A model generated the notes under the pieces. The model was not told the origin of the DNA. It made no database searches and was given only the letters and a program-made list of their open reading frames with translations. This document shows positions 1 to 13,755 of a DNA stretch of 64,000 bases, in pieces (the stretch's first letter is position 1; every line of letters starts with the position of its first letter). Source of the DNA: Cetorhinus maximus. Its lineage: Eukaryota. The position numbers and the translations under genes are program-made. The stretch covers positions 68,262,001-68,326,000 of the forward strand of contig NC_135879.1 of assembly GCF_964194155.1 (NCBI RefSeq), read 5' to 3'.

Positions 1-929
1 AGAAATTACCACACTCGCCAACTTCTATTTCAGAAGAATATCTATAATTTAAAATAAATATTGTGGAGTTCCTTACAATGCTTTGGTCATTAGGGAAAAA
101 ACCTTGACTTTTTCTTTCTCCCTCTTCGGAGAAGATTTATAAGGGAACTTTGTATTTCTCTCCACAGAATTGTACAAGAAGTCACCAAATTGCTGACCAA
201 GGTTTATTATGTAATTTTTTGTTTTATATAAATAATGTACTTTTTATTATATTATTAAAAATGTGCATTAATTTTCTTCTCTTAATTGAGAAGCAAGCAG
301 ACCATCCATCTTTTAAAGGAAACGTTTGCATATAGAATTAGGAGTCCAGCCCTGTGTTGCAATTGTTTTAATAACATGAGAAAATCTTAACATTAAGGAG
401 AAAATGCAAAAGAATGGTGTTAATTGAATAGCTCTACCAAAGAGCTAGCAGAGGCACAATGGGCTGAATGGCATCCTTCAGCACTGCATTATTCTATGAA
501 CACCAAGTCTTTCTTGATTTAGTACACAATGACAGGTCAGGGGAAATGTGATGGTATTGTTAACCATACTGAACTCTTGCTTCAAGGATGACACTGATAT
601 TAATCAAAATTGTTCCCAACAAGTGGGCAAAACAGTGCTCCAAACCCTTAGAAAACAAGGAGTAGGAATTCTACTATACCCACTCCTGTCATACAAGGGA
701 AGCATGTTACAATCTAGGACATTCCTAACCCACAGATTTCTGCTCATGAATTTTAATAGGTGCAACATTATGAGCTGGGAGTGTGCAACTCTTAATATTC
801 ACCCTGAGAATGTACCTGGATTGGGTGCAGTGCATTTCAGGATTATAGTTATGAAATATTAGATATCACCCCCAAGCGTATGGCTCCCTGGATGAACCAA
901 TTCATACAGGCAGCATATAGCTGTGCGTT

Positions 930-1270
930 ACAGACTTTAGGCAGTATTTGCTACACAGAACAGACCTGGGATTCAATTCCTGATCTGTACTGAGTTAGAG
1001 TGGTAAAAGAGATGATACAATTAGTCTCAGCACCTTTTGCTCCCTCTCCCATTTGCTATTCAGTGACTCTTGCTGGAATGTGTGCATCTGTGAACATGGG
1101 GTGAGTGAGAATAGGCTCAGGCTCAAACTTCCCCTTCCTTCCCACTGAATGGTCTGTGGCCATTCACTGTACAGGCTTCCTCATGAAGAATGACCACTTG
1201 GACAAGGTACTAGAGGATTATTCGTCACCATAAAACCATATGGACTGTCAAAGCCTTGAGGAAGAGTAGA
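930..1270 (+). mobile_element. Decayed tRNA-head SINE
   Basis: B-box-like GGATTCAATTCC near 970 followed by a SINE-like body and an A-rich end. Confidence 0.35.
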
Positions 1271-1997
1271 AAAAAAGTATAAAAAGAAGTGTTAATGGAA
1301 GATCATCAACCAAATTACATCCACGTCGGAATAATGAATACTTTATTGGAATATGTTGACTGATGTTGAATCATTTAAAATATTATGGTTACAAACTGGA
1401 TCGCCATCTTGACAGTGTCCAAAGGTACTTGCAATCATTAAAATATAAAAGTAAGAAATCAATGGGACATAATTCCAACATGTAAGTGACTTGAATGTTT
1501 AATTACCAACTGAGTTTCTTTCAGGTGTTCCTTTATCATGAGCAGCAAGATTGAGGATGGAGAGTGGGTTGGATGGTTTGGGGCACTGTGCCCAGAAGAC
1601 ATAAAGTTCTGTACTTTTGAAAGTCTTTTGATCCTTCAATCTCTGTGTAAGGAAATGACCATGAGTGAAATGTAGAGCACAACAGACAGTAAAAACCTGG
1701 CACCCATTCCCAACATGGCAGCTAAACCAAATTACCTGCAAAAGGTTGTGTCAATTGATTGAAACGATTTGTGAAAAAGCAATTTACATCCCCCAGCCCC
1801 AGTATGGAACAACTTCTGGCTTGTTTAGGGTTCATGGTGCTTTTAATATTTCCCTACAGATTACAAATCAGCCTTGTCACTTGAAGCGTTGGACTTTGTT
1901 CATCAAGGAGCCCACAGCCGGCTGATTAATTCTGCCCCAATCCAACCGGTAGATCACGTTAGATTTTCCGAGGACTGGATGCTGTTGGCTCTTATTA

Positions 1998-3308
1998 TCA
2001 ATGCAAACCATTCGGGGTAAAGGGCGTGATTTTATCCAAAGACAAGTCTGCGTCGCAATCCATCTCGTAGACCGAATCCGTGGCCAGTTCGTTGGCGGCG
2101 GAGATCTGCGACATCCTGTCGAAGATCTGGTTGCCCTCCAGGCAGTCCACCACGTTGGGAATCATGTTGACATAGGCGGTCACGATCTCCTTGTGGAAGA
2201 CCGTGTCCTGGTTGTAGGACACCAGCTCGTTGCTGATGTTGACCGTCTCCACCTGGTTGCTGGGGCACAGGTTGCGGCAGCCCAGGAGGCTGGAGAAAGC
2301 CTTGCGGAACTCGGCGTTGAAGGCGTACACGACCGGGTTGAGGGTGGAGTTGGCCCAGCCGAACCAGACGAAGATGTCGAAGGTGGTCTCGCTGACACAG
2401 GGCAAGTTGGAGGCGGAGGCCGGGAAGCTGCGGTCGCAGAAGGGGACGATGCAGTTGAGGATGAAGAAGGGCAGCCAGCAGCAGACGAAAACTCCCATGA
2501 TGATGGACAGGGTCTTGAGCACTTGGGTCTCCTTCTTGAAAGAGCTCTTCAGGCTGCTGGGGTGCTGCTGGGCATCCAGCTTACTCCTCTGGCAGCTCTG
2601 GGCGTGCTCTGCTGCCCTCTCCAGGGAGGCGATCCTGCGGATCTGGATCTGGGCGATCCGGTAGATCCGGGTGTAAGTGACCAGCATGATGGCCACAGGG
2701 ATGTAGAAGCTGACCAGGGACGAGGAGATGGCGTAGGTCCTGTTCAGGCTGGAGTCACAGTTGTCCGGAGGCGGGGGTCCGGCGCTGCTGTTACCCGCTG
2801 CAGCCTCCCGGGGCTGGCTGCTGTGCCAGTTCAGTTGGACCGGGATGAAGGAGATGAGGACGGAGAGTGCCCAGGTCACCCCGATCATGAGCAGGGCCAG
2901 CCGCCGGGTCATCTTGCGCTCGTAGCGGAAGGGGCTGGAGATGGCCCAGTAGCGGTCCACGCTGATCACACACAGGTTCAGGATGGACGCCGTCGAGCAC
3001 ATGATGTCGAAAGCCACCCAGACTTTGCAGAAGGGCCCGAAGGGCCAGTAGGCGGCCACCTCTGCCACCGCCTTCCAGGGCATCACCAGGGTGGCCAGCA
3101 GGAGATCAGAGAGTGCCAGGGAGACGATGAAAATGTTGGTGACCTTACTCCGGAGGTGGCGAAACTTGAAGACCGCTGCACACACCAGGGCATTCCCCAG
3201 CAAGGTGAAGAGGATTAACAAGGAGAGTAAAGAGCCAGTGAAGGCGCGAAGCACCAGCTCCTTCTTGCCACTTGCTGCATCCTCCAAGAGGGTCCCGTTC
3301 GGCATCAT
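1998..3308 (-). CDS. DRD5: Dopamine receptor D5 (D1B), intronless class A GPCR, 436 aa
   Basis: Single ORF with 7 hydrophobic segments, TM3 Asp ([15 protein letters not shown]), DRY, TM5 serines ([12 protein letters not shown]), CWLPFF and NPVVY. The C-terminus [14 protein letters not shown] is D5-type, and adjacency to OTOP1 fits DRD5. Confidence 0.95.
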   Translation of the reverse strand: MMPNGTLLEDAASGKKELVLRAFTGSLLSLLILFTLLGNALVCAAVFKFRHLRSKVTNIFIVSLALSDLLLATLVMPWKAVAEVAAYWPFGPFCKVWVAFDIMCSTASILNLCVISVDRYWAISSPFRYERKMTRRLALLMIGVTWALSVLISFIPVQLNWHSSQPREAAAGNSSAGPPPPDNCDSSLNRTYAISSSLVSFYIPVAIMLVTYTRIYRIAQIQIRRIASLERAAEHAQSCQRSKLDAQQHPSSLKSSFKKETQVLKTLSIIMGVFVCCWLPFFILNCIVPFCDRSFPASASNLPCVSETTFDIFVWFGWANSTLNPVVYAFNAEFRKAFSSLLGCRNLCPSNQVETVNISNELVSYNQDTVFHKEIVTAYVNMIPNVVDCLEGNQIFDRMSQISAANELATDSVYEMDCDADLSLDKITPFTPNGLH

Positions 3309-3800
3309 TCCTCCCAGGCAGAGCGCTGATCTCCCCGGCTGTTAGATCCGAGTGTCCATGCCTGACTCACTGCCCGAGCACAGTCCAGAGGGCATCCTGG
3401 CAGGGGAAGCTGTCTAAAAGCTGGGAGCGTGCCCGCCTGCTGCCCACACCCTGACTCTCTGCTCCCGCTGGCACCTCACCGAGCGAGCCATCAGGCTGGA
3501 CGCCACTCCTGCTTTCCCTCGCCCTGGAAAGTGCCCCACGTGAACTCCGCGATTGCAGCCTGTTTCCACACTGGAGGAAGGGGGCCTGCCAGGAAAGCCA
3601 AGAGAACCATGCCGTGCCCACAGCGGCTGGTTTCAGTGCAGGCTGCCCGCTGAGAGGGTACCGGGGTGCAAACACCGAGCTGCTCCTGCCTGAGGGCGCA
3701 ACTCGCCGGCAGGAGCTGTGACATCCTCGGAGAGGCGAATACAACCGAATAAATCACTCATTTTCCTATATCTCCCAGTCGATGCTGCCTTTGATCCCTG
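2000..3800. promoter_or_regulatory. CpG island over DRD5 CDS and 5' region
   Basis: Visibly GC- and CpG-rich relative to the AT-rich flanks; judged by eye, not computed. Confidence 0.6.
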
Positions 3801-4083
3801 TAGGTGGGGAAAGGTGGGGGGGGTGGGGGGTGTAGGGAAAACCCCGCCGTTGTAAGTTGATCACAGCGTCTCTGTCGATTTATTTACCAACAAAAACTCG
3901 AGTACTCGCAGAGTTCAATCCACTTCGGCGCCAGAGAGGGAGGAACAAACATCATCGCTGTTTAACTCATTCTTTCAATGAAAGCTACATTTCCCTCCGC
4001 CCTCGGTTAACTGAGGAAGTGCCAATGCATCTTCTTTTTCTGCCAGAAAGAAACAAGTTCGCATGTCAGACCTTAGACCCTCT

Positions 4084-4100
4084 GTGTGTGTGTGTGTGTG
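4084..4100. repeat. (TG)n microsatellite (a second one lies at about 4380-4395)
   Basis: Direct reading of the sequence. Confidence 0.85.
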
Positions 4101-4999
4101 CGTCCGAACCTTTAGCAATGGTTTCAGGCGGCACCCACACGGGGCAGGGTCAGAGCACACATCAGAGGGTGCAGTCAAATCTGGGAGGGGGAAAGGAATC
4201 CACATCCAGTGGCCGTGACAGCCCTGGTCGAGGCCGCATGGAGCACAGGATCCTGTCATCCACTCCGGTTCTCTGCCATCCACTCCGGTTCTCTGCAGCG
4301 CTCTTCACTGATCCACTACAAGGGCTCTCTGGGCTGGTATGCACATAGTGAAGTGTGGACTCCACACTCCTCAATGCTGGTGTGTGTGTGTGTGTTTACA
4401 GTGCCGTCTATAGCACCCCCACTTCCATTCATATATGTTTTGGGGTTGATAAGGGGGAGAGGTGGGGGAGCAATTGCAATGGAAATTTGAGTGTGTACCG
4501 CATCAGATCGGGCTGACTACTGCAAAGCTGGGAGAATCGTCCTGTTTTGGCTGCTGTCCTCGGGGGTGTAGAGTTTTGTGCAGAATTTAATGAGAGCTGG
4601 AGCGCTCGAGAAAAGAAAGGGTCGCCCCGCTCTTAAATGGCCCCATAGGGTCTCGGGCACTGCACGCTGCATTTCCAGAAATACGAGTGAACGGCGTAAG
4701 GTCGCCCTTGGAGTTAGGGTTTTGGTTTCCTGCAGCCTTGCAAAGCCAATGGCCAGCTGGGTCGGCGTGCCGGTGGATGTACAGTAGCACACACTCCCAT
4801 CGTACCCCCAATACAGAGAGGACGGCCTGCGGCACTTTTGTTCCTCCTCACGTTTACCTCCTGCTTGTGTACCCCCATCACAAGCACTTAACTGTTGGTG
4901 ACTGATGCGCCAAATCTCTGCTAGGGACGTCTACACTTCCTCGAGACCCATCCTTTGTTCAAGTACTTATCCCACTAGGATTCGGATGGGCTGCGGTTG

Positions 5000-5370
5000 T
5001 TTCCTTCGGGGTTGAATTGAGACGTATAAAATTATGAAGGGCGTAGGCAGAGTGGATAGGAAGGACCTGTTCCTCAGCAGCAGAGAGACCTCTAACCAGA
5101 GAGCATGGATTCACAGTCATTGGCAGGAGGGTTGGAGGGGAGAATTTGTTCCACCCAGAGTGTAATGGTTTTCTGGAACTCACTGCCTGGGAGCTGGGTA
5201 GAGGCAGACAACCTTGTATGAAAAAAAATACTTGGATAGGTATTTGAAGTACAGTGACCTACAAGACTATGGACCAAGAGATGAAAAGTGGGGCTAGGCC
5301 AAACATTAGCCAGCATAAACGAGATTGGTTGAATGGCCTCCTGTGCAATGAATGTTCCATGTTTCTACCA
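5000..5370 (+). mobile_element. CR1 LINE 3' fragment
   Basis: Degenerate CR1 ORF2 end (LIETYKIMKG-like) plus CR1 3' UTR motif TGAATGGCCTCCTGTGC. Confidence 0.65.
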
Positions 5371-5379
5371 TGCCCTTTT

Positions 5380-5615
5380 GCCTTGCACCATTCATTATCT
5401 AATCTCTCCTGCCTTTCACCAGCTCACAGACCTTGTCCTTTGTCCTTTCTGCCCTTCTCCCTTTGCCCTGCCATGTACTTGCTTAAAACCTGTTACATCT
5501 CTAACTTTTTCCAATTGTGGCGAATGGGCATCGACCTGAAATGTTCACTTTGTTGCTCTCACTCCACAGATGCTGCTGGGCCCACTGAGTATTTCTACCA
5601 TTTTCTCTTTTTATT
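5380..5615 (+). mobile_element. Penelope-like element 3' tail fragment
   Basis: Ends in CTCCACAGATGCTGC...CTGAGTATTT, shared with the Penelope copies at 22372-23031 and 34489-35205. Confidence 0.55.
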
Positions 5616-6374
5616 CCACTCTTTAGCAGGTTTCAATGGCACACAATGAACTTGATTTATTGTCACTTGTAACTTGTCAGCATTTGATCTGAATGGTGAC
5701 GAATAGGGAATGAAAATGGGAGTTTACTCTGGAAGGGGCTGGTTGGATCAGATGCCCAGCTTTGGGTTCAGAATAATGCCAACAGTGTGGGTTCGACTGC
5801 CATTCTTGCTGAGGTAGACTTGGGACCTGCCTCCTCGCTCTGCCCTGAGTGTGGAAGGCAATGGCAAACCACCACTGACAAAAAACTGCCGAGAAACCAG
5901 CTCAGAATGATGCATCAGCAGACAGGGAACCAAGGACCTGCCTATGGGCAGAGCACACATGACATTTCACTCTGGCTGTTTGTTTCCAATGAGAATCCGT
6001 AAAAACCACTGACATTGAGTAAGATGCTTTATGTAGTGGTTTCTCCTGCCAGTCTGTGGGGATTTAGGCATTCCCATTTTAGAAACCTAAAGAAATGAAT
6101 ACTTACGCATATGACAACTAAGCAGCCAAATGCATAGAAATTTGTATACAAATACATTTTAAAAATGGAGAGACCACAATGTTATGTGGAATATCTGAAA
6201 TGCTTTTTGTTTACGCTGTGTCGGTCATCGCTGTTCATCACATTCCTTCATGAACTGTGGAACTCACAACACAATCAGTGACATTTGGTCATTTCCAAAA
6301 GTACAGATGGGGGTTGTTTTAAAATGATCAGATTTAGCTTTTATGTGGAAAATAATCAGTATCCTACACATATT

Positions 6375-6790
6375 ACACAGGATTACATAGCACTTACAGC
6401 ACTGAAACAGATCATTTGGCCCAACAGGTCCATGCAGTGTTTATGCTCCACATGAGATTCCTCCCACTCTTCTTCATCTATCCCGCTATTCCTTTATCCC
6501 TTGTGTGTTTAACCAGCTTCTCCCTAAAATGAATTTATGCTAATAATCTCAGCTATTCCTTGTGGCAGCAAGTTCCACACTCAAACCAATTCGCTGGGTA
6601 AAGAAGTCTCGCCTGAATTCCCTATTGGCTTTCTTGGTTGTAATGTTATGTTTATGGTTCCTCGTTCAGGTCTGCCAAGAAGTAGAAACATCGTCCCTAT
6701 GTCTACCATAACAAGCCCTTTCGTAATCTTAAAGCTCTATGTCAGGTCACCCATCACTCTCTCTTTTCTAGAGAAAAGAGCCCCAACGTG
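6375..6790 (-). mobile_element. CR1 LINE 3' fragment
   Basis: Reverse complement of the CR1 ORF2 end and 3' UTR seen elsewhere in the window. Confidence 0.6.
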
Positions 6791-6979
6791 ATGTGCGCTG
6801 AAACTGAGAAATAAGGAAGTGATAGAGGTTTGTGGGACAAAGTAACCATGTCAGCTTCTAATGTAAAAGGATCTCTTAGCAAAAATATCTACTTTAGAAG
6901 TGATAGTGCATGGTAAGGTGGTTCTCAATGTGATGCTGTCTGGCACTGAGCTGGCCAGTGGAAGTTAAACAAATGCTTT

Positions 6980-8200
6980 AAGCATAACTTCCAAAATTCC
7001 CTAGCTCGCAGAAGAGTCCCTACGGATTGGAAGGTTGCACATATAATGTCACTATTTAAGAAGGGATGAACAGAAAAAACAGGGAACTAGTGGCCATTTA
7101 GCCTGACATCAATAGTAGGGAAGATGCTGAAATCCATTATTAGGGACGTGATAACAGGGCATTTAGAAAATCAGCATATTGATTGAGCAGAGTCTACATG
7201 GATTTATGAAAGAAAAGTAGTGTGTTGACAAATCTGTTAAAGTTTTTTGAGATTGTAACGAGCAAGGTGGATTAGGTGGAAACAGTGGATGTAGCATATC
7301 GGATTTTCAAAATGCATTTGATAAGGTACCACACAAAAGGTTATCAGGGCTCATGGGATTGGGGTAATATAGTAGCATGGATTAAGGATGGGTTACCAGT
7401 TGTAACTAGTGGGGTAACACAGGGATCAGTGCTTGAGCTCCAAATACTTACAATCCATATCAATGACTTAGATGGGGGTAGCATGTTTAATGTATCCAAG
7501 TTTGCTGATGAAACAAATTAGGTGAGAAAGTAAGTAAGCTGTGAGGAGGACATGAAGAACCTGCAGAAGGATATCAACAGGTTAAGTGAGTGGGCAATAA
7601 CATGGTAGACAGAATATAATGTGGAGAAATGTGAAGTCATCTTCTGTGGTATGAACATTGACTGGGAAATGTTGGTATTCAGGGGGACCTCTAAGTTCTT
7701 GTAAATGAACCACAGAAAGTCAGCATGCAGGAACAGCAAGCAATTAGAAAAGCAAATGGTATCTTAGTCTTTATTACAAAGGCATTGGAGTGTAGGAGTA
7801 AAGAAGTCTTAGTGTAATTGTATAGAGCCTTGATGAGACCACAACTAGAGTACTGTGTATAGTTTTGGTCTCCTTACTGAAGGAAGCATATACTTGCCTA
7901 GCTTAGTCAGAGTGCAACAAAGATCCACCAAACTGATTCTCAGAATGAGGAGATTGTCCTTTGAGAAGGGATTGAGTAACTAAGTCTATATTCCCTTGAA
8001 TTTAGAAGAACGAGGGTTGATTTTATTGAAGCATATAAAATTCTTAATGGGCTTGACAGGGTAGATGCTGGGAGGATGTTTCCCTGGCTTGGGAGTCTAG
8101 GACTAAGGAGTCAGGATCTCAGAATAAGGGGTCAGCCTTTTAGGGTTGAGATGAGCAGAAATTTCTTCCCTCAAAAGGTTATGAACCTTTGGAATTATAT
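6980..8200 (+). mobile_element. CR1 LINE RT fragment, decayed
   Basis: ORF 7276-7521 contains VTSGVTQGSVL...SKFADET (RT motifs); many stops and frameshifts. Confidence 0.85.
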
Positions 8201-9100
8201 TTGATTAAATGGAATGGTATTGAGTTTCTTGAGAGTTATTGTGGCTGCACTGCCCAGGCAGGCAGGGAATATTCCATAACATTCTTACCTTGAGCCTTGT
8301 ATATGGTGGAAAAGCATTGATGGGGTCAGCAAGTTAGCCACTCATCACAGAGTACCCAGCCTCTACCCTATTCTTGCAGCTACATTGGTGATATGGCCGA
8401 TCTGGTTAAAATGTTAGTGAATGGTGACTCTCGGGAAATTGAAGATGGAATACTCAGCTTCTTCATTCTGTGAGGAGTTCTGAATGAAGTACTATAGAAT
8501 GAGTTAAAAGACTTGTTGCTGGTCTGATGATGAAGGAAAGGTACATTGATAAAGCAATTGAAGATGATTGGGCTAAGAATGCTGTCTTCCATAGCTGCTG
8601 CAGTTTGTCCTAAGGCTGGAATGATTGCCATACAACAATCACAACTACGTATGGCGGATTTTCCCCTAGATTCTCATTGACCTCAATGTTACTGGGTCTC
8701 ATTGGCTCCATACTCAGATACTGCATAAATGTCAAAAACAATTCCTCTTCCTTTCTCAGTGGCGTTCAGTTCTTGAAGCCACGCCTGGATCAAGGCTATG
8801 ATGATATATGGAGGTAAGTGCTTCAGGTGGAGCCTGAACTGAGTATCAACAAACAGGTCATTAGTGATTTGATGCCATTATTGTGTTAATAGTTAGACGG
8901 ATGCTGTTATGGCTACAATTGATCAGATTAAATTTGTGGATAGGATATACCTGGGTGTATGTGATATTGTTAGGCAGATACCAGCATCTGAGGTGCACCA
9001 TTACAGCTTGGCAGGTGCAGCTGGTTTGCTCTGCAAATTTTCAGCAATACAGTCAGGATTTTGCCAGGGCCTATCGCCCTTGCTATGTCAAGTGCACGGA
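8200..9100 (-). mobile_element. Old copy of the CR1/L2-group LINE family found at 60815-62915
   Basis: Degenerate similarity to 61260-62300, e.g. GGCTGCAC...CCAGGCAGGCAGGGAATATTCCAT. Confidence 0.6.
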
Positions 9101-10734
9101 ACAGTATATGGAAATATAGTTTTGGAAAATGTAATTTAGCCCATCCTGTTATCTTTGCAAACCATCTTGTTAATTTGATCCTATCATGGACTCTGAAAAG
9201 ACAATTAACTCTCAGTCTGCACTATAAAATGTTTCTTTTTATCAGATTAAAAAATAATGTTCATCATGATGCTGGTGTCGAGCTGTCCGATGCAGTCCAC
9301 CTCACGAGTGTGATCGAAATGGACGTTGAACATTTTTTTAGCAGCCGACTTGACAAAACTAAAGGGATCCGGCAGCAAACATTTATCCAACTACAACTCT
9401 GGCTTCTCTGGAAGCTGCCCTTCTCCCACTCTCTCACGGACTGACTGATAACAGCGTTGGAAGCGAGCGATCGCCACCTAGCGCACTGGGAGAACACTTC
9501 AATGCTTCTTTCAGCGATTACTGGGGCGCCCCCAGAAAAATGACAGCTTCGGTTAATAGGCTGAATGTCCATCTTTAAACAAGTATCAACGGAAATTCAA
9601 ACTGTTTCGAGATCATTTGTTTTCGTTAAATCATTAGTACCTAATGCATATTCTTACATTTAGGTTCCGAAAGTAGTATTGCCATTTCGTTTTTCTGGAT
9701 TCGGGTGGAAGAACTGCCTTCAGTGTTTTACCTCCACTCACCAATATTTTCTAAATGTCTTTGAAAAGGGTCGGCTGCAACGAAGCCAAGAGTAAAGATT
9801 TTTTTATATGTTGGTAAAGCAAACGCATTAAACGTGAATGCATTTACTTAGTAACTGGCAACTGTTATATCGTCTAATGAATTAGTGGGAAGATCGCAGA
9901 GTTAATATAGTTGAGATCTGTTGCAAAACCCGAAGTTGTTTTAGATTCAGACCGACCGACCCGGGGATACCGATATATACATTAAGGTGGCAGTTTAGGT
10001 TGAAAAGGCCATTTATAAAAGTAAATGGAATGGGTTTAATGTATAGGAGCATCGAACATTTAACCTACAAGTGATGTCGAATTTATAGTAAGATTTGATT
10101 AGGTCACCAGCGAAATGCTGCATCATTGGAAGAATAATAGACATGGAAACGGTACAGCAGGAACTGTACAGCATGAACTGACTGAAATGATAGCGGAGAG
10201 CAAGGGTTATAGTTATAAAGAAAAACCGATGCAGATAAGGTGAAGGAATAACTAACTAAGGATTTTCAGAATTCTGAAATTGTTTTGAGAGAGTCGTCCG
10301 ATTGTTTCTGATGTGTAACAAAGGGGCACAAATTGAGGATTATCCTGTTCATGGGCTAAAGGATAATGGTTTCGGTGTCATAAAACTAAACTGACTGATA
10401 AGTGATTAAAGACCTTGGACAACATTCCCATCAGAAGCTGGCAACTGATGAAATAACCGATGATATGGATTAAACGTTTAGTGACAAATTGGGGGTTAGT
10501 TGGAGTGTTCAACTGAGTAAAACCATTACTAAAAAAAACCAACTGAATTATTCTTTCAAAAAAACTGCCATTCCACCTAGAATCCATGTCACTGCAATTA
10601 AGCGATGTTAGATGGGCCTGGCTATGGCCAATAGTTTCACTCAATTTCCCTTAATTTCTTTCACAAAGCTAACCTAGAGTAAAGCCACCACTAGATAAGT
10701 AGTGGTATAAGTAGCACAGCAGAGAATAGTTCCC

Positions 10735-10932
10735 TGAGCAAGCTGCAAGGTCATTTGGCAGAAAGCCTCATCACCAGACCTTTCAAACCAAGACGTACTT
10801 TGGCTGGTGGTGAGGGAAGCACTCTCTGTCAGATCCTCCATGGACACCCAGAGTCTCAGCACCATATGCTGCCCTTGAGGTGACTACAGTGGGGAAGACA
10901 CCATTCCATACCTCATATTGAAATGTGCCTTT
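10735..10932 (+). mobile_element. Tx1-clade LINE remnant, 5' part (interrupted by a solo LTR)
   Basis: Aligns by eye to 59012-59221 (CCTGAGCA...GTCATTTGGCAGAA.GCCTCATC). Confidence 0.8.
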
Positions 10933-11770
10933 TGTTATGAGGGTTTTTTTTAAAGATACAATTTCTAATATTTCTTTTCTGGCTGGATTTAAAAAAAACA
11001 CTGAAACCTTTTAAAAGGCAATGGAGACAGTCCAGAATAAATAGCTTGAATTCCACCAAGTGGGATGGAGAAAAAAGATATTCAACCCCCTGGGGTGCAT
11101 GAAAGACCCCATCTCCTGTTGGCTTTCCACTGTCGGGAAACTTTGAAAACGTTTCTGAGATGAGACATCAAATGCAATTATCTGTTCTAAAACAATCACT
11201 GCAGCATACATGGACTAATAGAATTTCTCTGTAATATACAGCCAGCAGATACTTTAAGGGACTGTTACCAAGCAGGAAAGGAATTCAAGAGCTATACTAA
11301 ATTAGGCTGCAAAAGCTGTTTTCTCTCTCTCTCTCCTCTCAGAGTTATTGTGCCCGGATTTGCAAAGTAACCATCCAGAGAAGAGGAATCTACTGCAAAC
11401 CGAGGTCTTTGGGGAATAAAATGTGGAAATCTGCTCCTTACAGCTATACCCAGGAGGACAACTGAGCAAAACAGCTGCAACATAGAATCACCACATCGAG
11501 ACCAGCCAAGGAACAACTAGCCATTTATGAATGGTGGTTTCAATTTACCTAGTTTTTTTTAAATTCAGGAAATAGTTTCAATAAACTTATCTTGTTCTTT
11601 ATTTAACCTAAGAAAACCTGTCTGTCTAATTATTTAAAATCTGAAAGTGTAAATAGTGGGAGCCCTGCAGCATTGGCAAAGCACAACCTCTCTAAATTCA
11701 CAAATTAACCTTGTTATGGTCAGGCCTAGAATAGGCGAGTCATTGCACCCCTCCTCATGTGGTCGTAAAA
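10933..11770 (+). mobile_element. Solo LTR (Gypsy-like), 838 bp
   Basis: Termini TGTTATGA...TCGTAAAA (imperfect inverted repeats). 4-bp TSD CTTT at 10929-10932 and 11771-11774, single-copy in the uninterrupted Tx1. AATAAA at 11580-11585. Confidence 0.75.
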
Positions 11771-12320
11771 CTTTGCAAAGCAGGTTTGGAAAGTGATGCA
11801 GTGGTTTTTGTTGAGGTTCACCCTGAACAGCTCTATAACGCAGGACTCGGTGCTCCACAGGCTGTTCCCAGGGACACACACCGAGATAAACATCAACTGC
11901 AGCTGGAGGACCTTCAACTCAGTAGAAGATGCTGTTTGTCTGCCCGGAACTTGTTGGTCTTCCAGTGCGAGTTCCAAAGAGTTGTCCACAACCGTGTGCT
12001 GCAGGCTGGCACATTCCAAGGCCCTACGTGTTGAGGCATGTACTAAAGCTTGGGGCAGCTGCTGCAAAGGCTCAATGAGGAAAGTCTAAGGCCCTCCTGC
12101 CATAGTACACCGAGGGATTAGAATCCATGTTAAACCCCTGGGGCTGTTATGCAGCAGAGAATGTTTGACACAAAATGTAAATGTACATTGTAAATATAAC
12201 CTGTAATGACTGTAGTGAAGCACCTCATGTACTGTATTGAAAGAAACTCATCTTTATTGCTCTTTATGTAATCTCAAATGCACTTTTATGAATAATGTGA
12301 ATGAAGTGTATTTTTTTTTT
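11771..12320 (+). mobile_element. Tx1-clade LINE remnant, 3' part
   Basis: ORF 11793-12089 (SSITQDSVLHRLFPGTHTEININCSWR) matches the C-terminus of ORF 57779-59542. Confidence 0.85.
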
Positions 12321-13755
12321 AATTATATAAAACTATGTTAGTAGCAGTATAACTAGCATAGCAGTATCCCTGAAGCAAATACTGCATTGTAGAGGCTGTA
12401 ATGCCTTGAAAGTTCTGTCTTGTTTTTTTTCATTGCCTCTGCAACACCCTATAGTGCAGTTTTGGATTGGGGATATGAAGCTCCCATTGTCAAGTGGAAG
12501 GAGAAAAAAAGCTTTACCCTCGGAATGTAGATGTAAATTATTTTAAACCTGAGTACTTGAACACTTATCTACTACTCAACTATGCTTATTTAGCAATTCA
12601 AGCATTTTAATGCTATTTATGAGAGGTTATATGGCTATGGGGCTAGTTTGTTAAAAATAAATAGATTAAAATATTACGCTACCACTGAACATTTAATCTG
12701 AACTCTCCTCTCCTTCCACTCCACCCCATGGCCCCGTAAATACAGAGTTTGACATCATGGCACTCAGTGAAAATTTATAGTATTTAGTCTTGCCAAACTA
12801 ATTACAGTAGTTTCACAGAGCCCTTGAGTAAATTCTATTAGATCTTTGGAGGGGAGAAGATTACGAACCAAACCCTTCTACAAAATTGAAATTAGTTGTG
12901 ATGTACACAAAATGGGAAGACATTGCTTGAAAGAATGAAAGGATGAAAGGCCTGCTATTCATGTGCAACATGCTGGGATTCTACCTGGCAAACTCTTGCA
13001 TCTGGTGCATGGGAAGTCAGTTGGTCATGTCACATTAGCAGTGAATGTTGGACAGCAAAGTATTTTTGTAGTAAATCACAGTTGAGTTGGCAATATTAGG
13101 TATTGGAATACTTTAAAATGGTATCCATGCTCAACAAAGAATGCTAATGCCATAATATTTTATTTTTGAAGTTTCTCCTGTCAATGATCATAAACAACAA
13201 TTTGCAGACCAAAGTTATGTTTTCAGAAAATACTGCTCAGATTTAGCTTTATCCAGTTAGGCAGGTTTTTTATCTGCAAGGGAATCAAAGATTGGGGGTT
13301 GGGGGTGGAGGGCAGGGCAGGTAGGCAAGCAGAAAAGTAAAGGTTAGACCACAATTAGATCAGCCATGATCTTATTGAATGGAGGAGCAGGTTTGAGGGA
13401 CCAAAAGGCCTACTCCTGCTCTTATGCTCTCACGACGGTCAAATTTCATAACTGCTTTGAATAAATATTTTCCTGTTTTGAAAGCAAAATATTGCAGATG
13501 CTGGAAATCTGAACTATATACAGATGATGCTGGAAAAACTCAGCAGGTCTGGCAACATCTGTGGAGAGAGACATAATACCAGGTGGGCAGCTTTTTCCCA
13601 TTCATCTTGTTCAGTGGCCAATTGACCCAGTCAAAGCGTTGAACGTGCTGGAGGCAATCAATTTGACTGGAGTGATAAAAGAATGTACATGCAGCAGACT
13701 GCCACAATCAGGACAGCATTTGGCGAAACTATATCTGGTGTATTTGGACACAGGG

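Noticed and set aside
2001-3218. 405-aa plus-strand ORF antisense to DRD5
   Set aside because: It is the codon-register mirror of a high-GC3 CDS, where antisense stops are rare, and it has no recognisable domain.
4540-4570. Possible REST/NRSE site upstream of DRD5 (GCTGTCC)
   Set aside because: Only one half-site is present; the TTCAGCACC half is missing.
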